A stretch of DNA of 64,000 nucleotides from an uncultured Dysosmobacter sp. (GTDB taxonomy: Bacteria > Bacillota > Clostridia > Oscillospirales > Oscillospiraceae): positions 6,884 through 70,883 of the forward strand of contig NZ_CANRMB010000010.1 in NCBI RefSeq assembly GCF_947631635.1, in the 5' to 3' direction. Position 1 is the stretch's first letter, and each line of letters begins with the position of its first letter. Below the pieces are notes generated by a model. It ran no database searches, was not told the DNA's origin, and saw only the letters and a program-made list of their open reading frames with translations. A program made the position numbers and the translations under genes. Shown here in pieces: positions 46,786-54,739 of the stretch.

Positions 46786-48210
46786 TCAGCGCTTTTCCAC
46801 GGTCTCATAGGCCACCTTTTCGGGCTTTTCGCCGCGCTCAATAGCCGGGATGAACCGATCCCAGAAGTCATTAAACAGGCGGAAGATCTCTTTGCGCTTG
46901 CCGTAGATGAACACCAGGGTGATGACGACATAGAAGCCGGTGAGGATATCGGTGGCAGCCCACAGCTCCGCTGCATCCACCCAATAGAACACAGAGGCGG
47001 GAAGCAGGAAATAGATCATATAGACCGGAGTCATTTTCTTATTCAGCGCCGTGTCGCCCAGGAAATAATTCACGGATTTCGCACAGCTGTAATACATGCC
47101 GACGATGGTCGTCCACGCAAACACTGTGATGGCACAGGCCATAAAGCCGCTGCCCAGGTTTCCGTATGCCTCCCGGAAAGCCACAGTCGTCAGCTGGGCG
47201 CTGGTGATGTCGGGATGGGTGATATAGCTGTCGGTGAGAATGATGGAGAGAGCGGTCACGGTGCAGACAACGATGGTGTCCAAAAACACCTCGCCCCAGC
47301 CCCAGGAGGACTGGCGGACCGGGTGGTCGGCCTTGGCTGCCGCGTGGGCGACGATACCGTAGCCCGTGCCGGCGTCATTGGAATAGAGGCCTCTGGCAAC
47401 ACCATAGCGGATAGCGTCACGCACAGTCGCGCCGGCAAAGCCGCCTACACCGGCCATGGGGGTAAAGGCGCTTTTAAAGATCAAGGCAAAAGCCGCGGGG
47501 ACCTGGGTGATGTTCATGACCAGGATGCCGATGCCCGCCAGAATGTATGCCATGGCCATGAACGGCACGATTTTCTCCATGGTGCTGGAGATCGATTTTA
47601 AGCCGCCTGCAATCGTGATCAGGCAGGTGATGGCGATGACGGCCGCGGAGATGGCCGGATTGATGCCGAATGCCTCTTCCAGAGAGGAGGTCACAGACTG
47701 GGTCTGTACCGCGTTCGTCCAGGGGCCCAGCATAAAGACAAAGACTGCCAGAACCGCTGCGCCCTTTTTCCAGCCAAAGGCGTTCTTCATAACAAAGGAG
47801 CGGTCGCAAAGATATTCGTCCATGGATACGTCATATTTCACGCGGTATCTCTGGCCCAGAATGATCTCGCAGGCTTTCGTGGACATGCCCAGCAGGCCGG
47901 AGACCCACATCCAGAAAACGGCGCCGGGGCCGCCCATGGAGATGGCGGTGGCCACGCCGCCGATGTTGCCGACGCCGATGGTATTGGCCATGGCTGTGCA
48001 TGCCGCCGCAAATCCGGACACGGTTCCCTCGCCCTCACCCTTGGTAAACATCTTTCCAAAGGTGTTTTTGAAATGGAAGCCCATTTTGGTGATATAGCGG
48101 AATTTGAACATGATGGACAGGAAAAGGCCGGTGCCTACCAGCGCCACTGTCATCGGAGTACCCCACATAAAATCAGCTACTGCTGTCAGTGCTGCAGAAA
48201 TAACGTTCAT
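46786..48210 (-). CDS. Alanine/glycine:cation symporter (AGCS family)
   Basis: GEGTVSGFAAACTAMANTIGVGNIGGVATAISMGGPGAVFWMW is the AGCS signature region; 474 aa, multi-TM. Confidence 0.9.
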   Translation of the reverse strand: MNVISAALTAVADFMWGTPMTVALVGTGLFLSIMFKFRYITKMGFHFKNTFGKMFTKGEGEGTVSGFAAACTAMANTIGVGNIGGVATAISMGGPGAVFWMWVSGLLGMSTKACEIILGQRYRVKYDVSMDEYLCDRSFVMKNAFGWKKGAAVLAVFVFMLGPWTNAVQTQSVTSSLEEAFGINPAISAAVIAITCLITIAGGLKSISSTMEKIVPFMAMAYILAGIGILVMNITQVPAAFALIFKSAFTPMAGVGGFAGATVRDAIRYGVARGLYSNDAGTGYGIVAHAAAKADHPVRQSSWGWGEVFLDTIVVCTVTALSIILTDSYITHPDITSAQLTTVAFREAYGNLGSGFMACAITVFAWTTIVGMYYSCAKSVNYFLGDTALNKKMTPVYMIYFLLPASVFYWVDAAELWAATDILTGFYVVITLVFIYGKRKEIFRLFNDFWDRFIPAIERGEKPEKVAYETVEKR

Positions 48211-48244
48211 ACGATTTCCTCCCGTTTCGCTCTTTATTTAATTT

Positions 48245-49435
48245 TCAAAGAGCCACACATTTGTCAAACGCCCCAAGGGCTTGGGTAAAGTCCTCAATTA
48301 GGTCTCGGATATCCTCCGCGCCTACGGAGACGCGGATCAGACCCTCGTACATCCCCATCTCCTCCAGCTCCTGCTGGGTGAATTCATCGCGGAAAGCGGT
48401 GGCGGGGTGCGTATAGGTGGTGCGGATGCCGCCCAGCGTTCCCAAATATTTCACAAGCTTCAGCCTGTGCATGAAATCATTGACCTTTTCCCGGGAGTCC
48501 TCCACACGGAAGCTGATGATGGCTCCGCAGCCGCAGTCAAAAATTCTGCTGGCCAGCTCATGCTGCGGATGGCTGGGAAGACTGGGGTGATGAACGGCCC
48601 TGACGCGGCTGTCCTCGCTCAGCGCTTTTGCCAGCAGCCGGGCGTTTTCATTCTGCTTTTTCACCCGCATCCCCATGGTTTTGATGCTTCTCTGGGTCAG
48701 CCAGGCCGTGTTGGGGTCCAGGCAGCAGCCCAGCAGCAGATATTGGGGCCTGAGCTTCCGAATCAGCGCTTCAGAGGCGGTTATGGAACCGCCGGTGATA
48801 TCGCTGTGGCCGCCGAAGTACTTTGTCAGGCTGTGGATGACAATATCGGCGCCGTGCTGCAGGGGGCGAAAGACAAAGGGGGTGGTAAAGGTGCTGTCCA
48901 CCACCAGCAGAATGTCCTTTTCCGCCGTCAGCTGATGGACCGCATCCAGGTCCACCACCAGCGTAAGGGGGTTGGCGATGATCTCGGTGTAGAGCATCCG
49001 CGTGTTGGGGCGGATGCTGTCGCTGACCGCTTGGATGTCGGTGAAGTCCGCGAAGGAGACCTCGATGCCGAAGTTTTTCAGCATGCGGTCCGCCAGTTCA
49101 ATGGTCTCGCCGTAAATGGCCTTGCTCATCAAAATGTGATCGCCCTGGCGCAGCAGTCCCAAAAGGACCGTGGAGATGGCTGCCATGCCAGAGGAGCAGA
49201 TCAGAGTGTCCTCACCCTGCTCCAGGTAGGAAATGGCTTTGCCCAGCCCGTCCCGGTTGGGATTGGCGGTGCGGCTGTAATAATAGCGTCCGCCCTTACT
49301 GGCGTAGTCGTAATCATCCATGTCGTCGATGATATACGCGGTGGACGGATAGATGGGGGGGACCTCCGGATTGCGGATCTCCCCGCACGGCTCTGTGCCC
49401 TGGTATAAAAGCTGTGTATCCAATTGTAACTGCAT
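48245..49435 (-). CDS. PLP-dependent Cys/Met-metabolism enzyme (cystathionine gamma-synthase/lyase or methionine gamma-lyase family)
   Basis: PPIYPSTAY, the SSGMAAIS pattern and a SLTKYFGGHSD Lys-PLP motif. GGAGG RBS before MQLQLD. Confidence 0.8.
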   Translation of the reverse strand: MQLQLDTQLLYQGTEPCGEIRNPEVPPIYPSTAYIIDDMDDYDYASKGGRYYYSRTANPNRDGLGKAISYLEQGEDTLICSSGMAAISTVLLGLLRQGDHILMSKAIYGETIELADRMLKNFGIEVSFADFTDIQAVSDSIRPNTRMLYTEIIANPLTLVVDLDAVHQLTAEKDILLVVDSTFTTPFVFRPLQHGADIVIHSLTKYFGGHSDITGGSITASEALIRKLRPQYLLLGCCLDPNTAWLTQRSIKTMGMRVKKQNENARLLAKALSEDSRVRAVHHPSLPSHPQHELASRIFDCGCGAIISFRVEDSREKVNDFMHRLKLVKYLGTLGGIRTTYTHPATAFRDEFTQQELEEMGMYEGLIRVSVGAEDIRDLIEDFTQALGAFDKCVAL

Positions 49436-49481
49436 GGAAACCTCCTTGGCTTTTCGCGTGCGCATCGCTTGGCTGATTCCA

Positions 49482-49512
49482 ATCATAGAGGTTGTCCCTA
49501 CAGTAAGGTCAA
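49482..49512 (-). promoter_or_regulatory. MerR-type promoter with a 19-bp spacer
   Basis: The minus strand reads TTGACC, 19 nt (containing the imperfect dyad CCTTACTGTAGGG), TATGAT. It lies between the merR-family gene and the PLP enzyme gene. Confidence 0.55.
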
Positions 49513-49552
49513 TTGTATAAACAGGACAAAATTTTCTTTTGAATTTTTTCTA

Positions 49553-50350
49553 TTACAACAATATTTGCAGCTCATACCAGGCGTCCGACCAGTCGGTCAG
49601 GTTATCTTCGAACTCCAACGCGATGGCAAACTTGGGCTGTTCCTTGTTGGAAAAGTAGGTGGTGAGCAGGCCCGGGTCCCAGTCCTCGTGCAGCAGCTGT
49701 GTCCGCAGGCACAGGTATTCACCCGCCGGTAAAATATCATACAGGTCCTCTTTCAGCTGGGGCTTTGCGCTGAAATAAGTAAAATATGTCCGGGGATAAA
49801 ACTCCCTGCGGAACAGACTGTCGATATCCAGGCGGTAGCCGTATTGCCGGTGGAAGGATTCGCCGCGGTATGCCGGCCTGCTCTTCACCTCTGCCAGGCG
49901 GATTTCCATATTGGCGAGAGGTTCCTTATAATAGCAGGGACAGCTGACGATATACCGCTCCGGATGGCGCACCGTGTAAAGCTGTTCCGCTCCGCCCTGG
50001 GAATCCATATAGGTGCAGTAGTCGATGTACCAATCCAGGTTTTCCCGCCGCTTCTGCAAATCCCGCATCTCCCGGTCCATGTCCGCCCGCTTTTTTTGGA
50101 GCTGCTGAAGCAGGTGGTCGTTTTTTCCGTTCTGGATGATGAGCTGAATCTCCTCCAGAGACATGCCGAAGCCCTGCAGATATTTGATCCTGTCAATGAT
50201 GTGGAACTGCTGGTAACGGTAATGCCTGTACCCGGTCTCGGGGTCCACATGGCATGGCGAAAGCAGACCGATCCGGTCGTAATGCCGCAGCGTCTGCGTG
50301 GTGACGCCCAGCAGTTTTGCTGTTTCTCCGATGGTATAATACTGTTTCAT
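49553..50350 (-). CDS. MerR-family regulator with a C-terminal effector-binding (GyrI-like) domain
   Basis: YTIGETAKLLGVTTQTLRHYDRIGLL HTH, a coiled-coil linker and a roughly 150-aa C-terminal domain. Confidence 0.85.
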   Translation of the reverse strand: MKQYYTIGETAKLLGVTTQTLRHYDRIGLLSPCHVDPETGYRHYRYQQFHIIDRIKYLQGFGMSLEEIQLIIQNGKNDHLLQQLQKKRADMDREMRDLQKRRENLDWYIDYCTYMDSQGGAEQLYTVRHPERYIVSCPCYYKEPLANMEIRLAEVKSRPAYRGESFHRQYGYRLDIDSLFRREFYPRTYFTYFSAKPQLKEDLYDILPAGEYLCLRTQLLHEDWDPGLLTTYFSNKEQPKFAIALEFEDNLTDWSDAWYELQILL

Positions 50351-50452
50351 GCAGTCTGTCCTCCCGGCGCTGCAGAACTTTTTGTGCTGTTTGCCGCAGC
50401 TGTATATAGATTACTCTGTTTTTTGAGGCAATGTCAATGTTCGTTTTCATCG

Positions 50453-50482
50453 TTGACACAGGGAATTTTCATATGCTATGAT
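50453..50482 (+). promoter_or_regulatory. Promoter of mmuM
   Basis: TTGACA, 18 nt, TATGAT, 34 nt upstream of the ATG. Confidence 0.55.
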
Positions 50483-50515
50483 GCAGAAAACATTGACTTG
50501 TACGGGAGGGCGGCT

Positions 50516-51481
50516 ATGCGCGCACCATTGGAATCTGTTTGGAAAAATACCGGCGTTATGATCATCGACGGCTCCATGTCCACCGCACTGGAGCAGTTGG
50601 GCTGTGATCTGAACGACAGCCTCTGGACCGCGAAAGCCTTGGCGGAGTGTCCGGAACTGATACGGCAGGTCCACACGGATTACTTCCGGGCCGGTGCGGA
50701 CTGCGGCATCACCTGCAGCTATCAGGCCACCGTTCCGGGGCTGACGGCCAGGGGATATTCCGCGGAGGAAGCCGAACACCTCATTACCCGCTCGGCGCAG
50801 CTTCTTTTAGAGGCCCGGGAAGCCTGGTGGACGGCGGAGGGAAAGGGGGAAGGGCGTCTTTGGCCCCTGTGCCTGGGTTCTGTGGGGCCCTATGGCGCCT
50901 ATCTGGCCGATGGGTCTGAATACCGGGGAAACTACGGCGTTTCTCCGGAGGTCCTGCGGAGTTTTCACAAGCGGCGGATGGAGCTTTTGTGGGAGGCCGG
51001 CGTGGACCTCCTGCTGATCGAAACACAGCCATCTCTGACCGAGGCGCTTGTTGAAGCTGACATCGCTGAGGAGCTGGGCGCGGATTATTGGATCAGCTTT
51101 TCCTGCCGGGACGGACGGCATATCAACGAGGGCGATCTGATCCGTGACTGCGCGGCGGCTCTTGCGAAGGGACATCCCCATCTGAAAATGATCGGCGTCA
51201 ACTGCGTGCCGCCGCAGTTCGTGGAGCAGCTGATCGGCGAGATAAAGGCGGGCTGCGGCCTGCCGGTGGCGGTCTATCCCAACAGCGGCGAGGAGTATGA
51301 CCCTGCCACCAAAACCTGGCATGGAAGCCGGGACGGCGTCACCTTCGGCGACTACGCCCGCCGCTGGATCCGCGCTGGTGCCAGCGCCGTGGGCGGCTGC
51401 TGCCGAACTGTGGACAGCCATATCCGGGAGGCGGCCCGGGCCCGTGAGATCACGGGGAAGATCCGCGTTCCCCGGGGATGA
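50516..51481 (+). CDS. mmuM: Homocysteine S-methyltransferase
   Basis: IIDGSMSTALE, LWTAKAL, GVNC and the C-terminal GGCCRT zinc-site motifs. The tracked 545-aa ORF starts antisense to merR; the real start is at 50516 (GGGAGGG RBS). Confidence 0.85.
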   Translation: MRAPLESVWKNTGVMIIDGSMSTALEQLGCDLNDSLWTAKALAECPELIRQVHTDYFRAGADCGITCSYQATVPGLTARGYSAEEAEHLITRSAQLLLEAREAWWTAEGKGEGRLWPLCLGSVGPYGAYLADGSEYRGNYGVSPEVLRSFHKRRMELLWEAGVDLLLIETQPSLTEALVEADIAEELGADYWISFSCRDGRHINEGDLIRDCAAALAKGHPHLKMIGVNCVPPQFVEQLIGEIKAGCGLPVAVYPNSGEEYDPATKTWHGSRDGVTFGDYARRWIRAGASAVGGCCRTVDSHIREAARAREITGKIRVPRG

Positions 51482-51861
51482 ATCGCGCCCGCAAGCGGCG
51501 GAATGCGCTCCCTGTGCCGGATAGACACTTGTACCGTTATCAGCACATAAAATTCGTTGTTAGAAGAAAGCCGACCCTATTATAGTCGGCGCGCTTGGGA
51601 AAGGGTAAAAAGGAAGCGAGAGAAAAGGGGATACAGCAGGGTGGAGGATGCAGGCGGACTGACGTCCGCCAAAGACGGCAACGCCGCTGGTTCTCGTTTT
51701 ATCCACCGAACTTTACCGGTTTTCAGGTGCGCCGGCTATAAAACATATTAGCCATAAATTCCACAGATTTTTATGGAAAAGGGGCAATTGACTTTAGTCC
51801 TGCAGCAAACTGTATGTTTACGGTATCAAGTAAAGACGGAGGGATTGACGTGAAAGCCCTG

Positions 51862-52256
51862 AAGCGGGCCTGGCTTGAAATATCGTTTGACCGCCTGCGT
51901 TTCAAAGGTCAGCCGCATACCCGCCGGGACATATGTGGGGTACAGCCGGGTATTTCAGGCGGAAAGGGAAATGGATATCGCGATCCTCACGATCGGGTAT
52001 TCGGATGCCTCCGCAAAAAGGCGGCGGAAGCACGATGGCGGCCTATATCCTGATCCGCATCCCGAAATCAGCTCATGGATGCAGAAGACTGTGCAGGATA
52101 TCGACTGGTGTGTATAGGTGTCAGCACAATGACGACCGCCATGCAGAAAAAACAAAAGCTGTGAAGGTTGGAAGGAAAGAATGGACACCGCTTTTGCCGC
52201 GCATCAATGGGAGACTGCTGCTTACCGGCAGCATTTAGAACGGTATAGGTGCTGAA
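51862..52256 (+). pseudogene. alr: Alanine racemase relic (C-terminal domain fragments spread over three frames)
   Basis: LTACVSKVSRIPAGTYVGYSRVFQAEREMDIAILTIGYSDA matches the Alr pattern L..v..vk.l..G..VsYg..y.a....iatipiGYaDG. Later Alr-like pieces (ILIR..., PEISSWMQKTVQDID) sit in other frames, and the N-terminal PLP barrel is missing. Confidence 0.45.
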
Positions 52257-52292
52257 ATGCTGCCGCTCTATATGGGCGGCGGCCCCTCTGAC

Positions 52293-52342
52293 GGGCGCCA
52301 CGGTCGCCGTGGCCGTGGCGGTTGCCGAGAGCCGGAAGTAAG
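52293..52342 (+). repeat. Direct repeat copy 2 (orphan GGGtGRT 3'-end fragment)
   Basis: 47 of 50 nt identical to 45960-46009, including the stop codon. Would encode GATVAVAVAVAESRK*. Confidence 0.85.
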
Positions 52343-52354
52343 TTTCCAATACGA

Positions 52355-52392
52355 AATGTAAAAATCCCCGGAGTTTTTACTCTGGGGATTTC
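52355..52392 (-). terminator. Intrinsic terminator overlapping the stop codon of the XRE-membrane gene
   Basis: Minus strand AAATCCCCAGAG-TAAAAAC-TCCGGGGATTTTTAC. Confidence 0.65.
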
Positions 52393-53108
52393 TTTCTGCC
52401 CAAAAGCAGCATAAAAAGACCTGCGACACACAACAAAATGCAGCCGCTGATCTCAGACAGGCCATGCACCCAATAAATCATCAGCTCTTCTGGGCTTTGC
52501 GGAACCCAAAAGAAATAGAGAAGGGAACCCAGAAACCGCAGGAGTCCGGTCTTCAGCGGAGCGACTGGAAATCCAAACAGTCCCATGGCAACCAGCGCCC
52601 AGCCGGCATGATACCACCGAAGGTTCCCGGCGGCCCGCTTTCCGTATAGAACCGCCAGGGCGCCCAGCAGCATTTTCAACAGATTCTCCAGGTGCGTTGG
52701 AAGCAGGGCGATAAAAAGCAGGTTCAACATACCCATCAGCCCGCCTACAGGCAGATAGAGCACCACTGCGTTCCAGATGGAACATAGCAATCCAGAGATG
52801 CCCCACGCCACCAGCAGCCAACCTGAGAGCCAGGCCTTTTCCCGGTAAAGCGCAGCGGCCCGTTCCCAGAGGGAAAAAGAGGGCGCAGCCTGTGGTGGAA
52901 CAGGTGAAACAGAGCGGCCCCGCACCAATTCGTCCAGAGAGACCTCAAACAGATCGCTCAGCTTCACCAGTTTATCCAGCTCCGGCACGCTGGCGTCCGT
53001 CTCCCATTTGCTGACGGACTGCCGGGAGACGCCCAGGCTCTCCGCCAGGGCGTCCTGGGACAGTCCCTTTTGATTCCGCAGCCGGACCAGCCGTTCCCCG
53101 AAAGTCAC
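52377..53108 (-). CDS. XRE-family HTH domain fused to a multi-pass membrane domain
   Basis: FGERLVRLRNQKGLSQDALAESLGVSRQSVSKWETDASVPELDKLVKLSDLFEVSLDELV followed by about five hydrophobic spans. Confidence 0.7.
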   Translation of the reverse strand: MTFGERLVRLRNQKGLSQDALAESLGVSRQSVSKWETDASVPELDKLVKLSDLFEVSLDELVRGRSVSPVPPQAAPSFSLWERAAALYREKAWLSGWLLVAWGISGLLCSIWNAVVLYLPVGGLMGMLNLLFIALLPTHLENLLKMLLGALAVLYGKRAAGNLRWYHAGWALVAMGLFGFPVAPLKTGLLRFLGSLLYFFWVPQSPEELMIYWVHGLSEISGCILLCVAGLFMLLLGRKKSPE

Positions 53109-53213
53109 AGCGTCACCTCCCTATGTAGATGCTTTTATGGTAGCAGAGGACCCCAAATCTGTCCAGCAAGGCCGCTTGACGTTTCGCAACCGGCAGTTGC
53201 AGGTGGTGCTGAA

Positions 53214-53241
53214 ATATAGTCAATTAACTTGAAAAATCGCA
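53214..53241. repeat. Dispersed repeat copy B
   Basis: ATATAGTCAATTAACTTGAAAAATCGCA is 26/28 identical to the reverse complement of 5052-5079. Confidence 0.7.
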
Positions 53242-53354
53242 AGCGATTTTCCAAGCGAGCTACGCCCGCTGCACGCAAAGCGTGCAGTCATTGACTATGA
53301 AATCCAAATTAAGGCCGCATACCGCGGCCTGTCAAAGCGCACATGCGCTGTGAC

Positions 53355-53400
53355 ACTTGAAAAGCGGTTTTACCACTTTTCAAGTAATTTGATTATTATA
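53355..53400. repeat. Perfect 10-bp hairpin plus degenerate repeat copy C
   Basis: ACTTGAAAAG-11 nt-CTTTTCAAGT (53355-85). CTTTTCAAGTAATTTGATTATTATA (53376-53400) resembles copy A on the + strand. Confidence 0.55.
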
Positions 53401-53428
53401 AAAAGAGGACGCCCAAGGCGTCCTCTTT
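53398..53428 (-). terminator. Intrinsic terminator of pta
   Basis: 10-bp stem AGAGGACGCC/GGCGTCCTCT with a T-run on the minus strand. Confidence 0.8.
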
Positions 53429-53446
53429 GCGATGCTATGTAAGGAA

Positions 53447-54427
53447 TCAGTCGTCGCACAGACCGGCGGTGATGATGGCCATGGAATAGACCTCCTGGGC
53501 GTTGCAGCCGCGGGACAGGTCGTTGATGGGGGCGTTCAGACCCTGCAGGATGGGGCCGTAGGCCTCGAAGGAGCCCATGCGCTGGCAGATCTTGTAGCCG
53601 ATGTTGCCGGCGTTGATGTCGGGGAAGATGAAGGTGTTGGCATGACCGGCCACCTTGGAGTCGGGGCACTTGGTATGGGCGACCCGGGGAGAGACGGCAG
53701 CGTCGAACTGCAGCTCGCCGTCGATGGCCAGGTCGGGAGCGGCGGCCTTGGCCTTAGCGCAGGCGTTGCGCATCTTGTCCACGTCCTCGCCCTTGCCGGA
53801 GCCCAGGGTGGAGTAGCTCAGGAAGGCGACCTTGGGATCGATGCCGAACACCTTGGCGGTGTTGGCGGTCTCCAGGGCGATCTCCACCAGCTCGTCCTCA
53901 TTGGGCTTGATGTTGATGGCGCAGTCGCCCATGGCCAGGACCTCGCGGTCGCCGGTGGCGGAGGGACGGACCAGAATGAAGCAGGAGGACACGATCTTGC
54001 TGCCGGGCTTGGTCTTGATGATCTGCAGGGCGGGACGGACAGTGTCGGCGGTGGAGTAGGTGGCGCCGCCCAGCAGGGCGTCGGCGTAGCCCATCTTCAC
54101 CAGCATGGTGCCAAAGTAGTTGCCCTGCTTCAGGACTGCGCGGCACTGCTCCTCGGTCATCTTGCCCTTGCGCAGCTCCACCAGCGTGGCGACCATCTTG
54201 TCCATATCCGCAAAAGTCTCGGGATCAACGATCTCGGCGCCGCGGATATTGAAGCCGATCTCCTCGGCGGCCTTCTGGACCTCGTCCACATTGCCCACCA
54301 GAACGGGGGTCAGGAAGGTACCGGACAGCAGACGGGCAGAGGCCTCCAGGATACGGGGATCGGTGCCCTCGGTAAACACAATCTTGCGGGGATGGGCTTT
54401 CAGCTTCTTGATCAAGAACTCAAACAT
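53447..54427 (-). CDS. pta: Phosphate acetyltransferase
   Basis: IVFTEGTDPRIL, the full PTA_PTB pattern, and a C-terminal LSRGCNAQEVYSMAIITA. GGAGGAA RBS before MFEFL. Confidence 0.9.
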   Translation of the reverse strand: MFEFLIKKLKAHPRKIVFTEGTDPRILEASARLLSGTFLTPVLVGNVDEVQKAAEEIGFNIRGAEIVDPETFADMDKMVATLVELRKGKMTEEQCRAVLKQGNYFGTMLVKMGYADALLGGATYSTADTVRPALQIIKTKPGSKIVSSCFILVRPSATGDREVLAMGDCAINIKPNEDELVEIALETANTAKVFGIDPKVAFLSYSTLGSGKGEDVDKMRNACAKAKAAAPDLAIDGELQFDAAVSPRVAHTKCPDSKVAGHANTFIFPDINAGNIGYKICQRMGSFEAYGPILQGLNAPINDLSRGCNAQEVYSMAIITAGLCDD

Positions 54428-54478
54428 TTTGATTTCCTCCAAAAATTGTCAGGTTGGGCTGAATCATATACTAATTTC

Positions 54479-54506
54479 ATTATACACAACTGATTGGCGG
54501 GGTCAA
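54479..54506 (-). promoter_or_regulatory. Promoter of pta
   Basis: The minus strand reads TTGACC, 16 nt, TATAAT. The 7-bp inverted repeat CTGATTG/CAATCAG overlaps the -35 box. Confidence 0.55.
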
Positions 54507-54659
54507 TCAGAAAATGGAAATATCACCACAAAAATTTACGAACACTTCACCAATTCTTCTGTTGAATGTGTAAAATAATCAGCGCTGTTTCCCCGTGGAC
54601 AGAGGAAGCAAAAGTGTCAAAATGGAGCCATTTGAAGCGGTTTTAGGTACAAATAAAAC

Positions 54660-54688
54660 TTGACGAACCCCTGTAAAAGGGGTATCAT
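54660..54688 (+). promoter_or_regulatory. Promoter of the M23 peptidase gene
   Basis: TTGACG, 17 nt, TATCAT. Confidence 0.55.
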
Positions 54689-54739
54689 GAAATGGTAACA
54701 ATTTGTAACTATTTTGGATGTCATTGATTCAGGAGAATT

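Noticed and set aside
49844-50515. N-terminal 224 codons of the tracked 545-aa ORF
   Set aside because: This part is antisense to the MerR-family gene. The homocysteine methyltransferase homology begins at the ATG at 50516, which has its own RBS and promoter.
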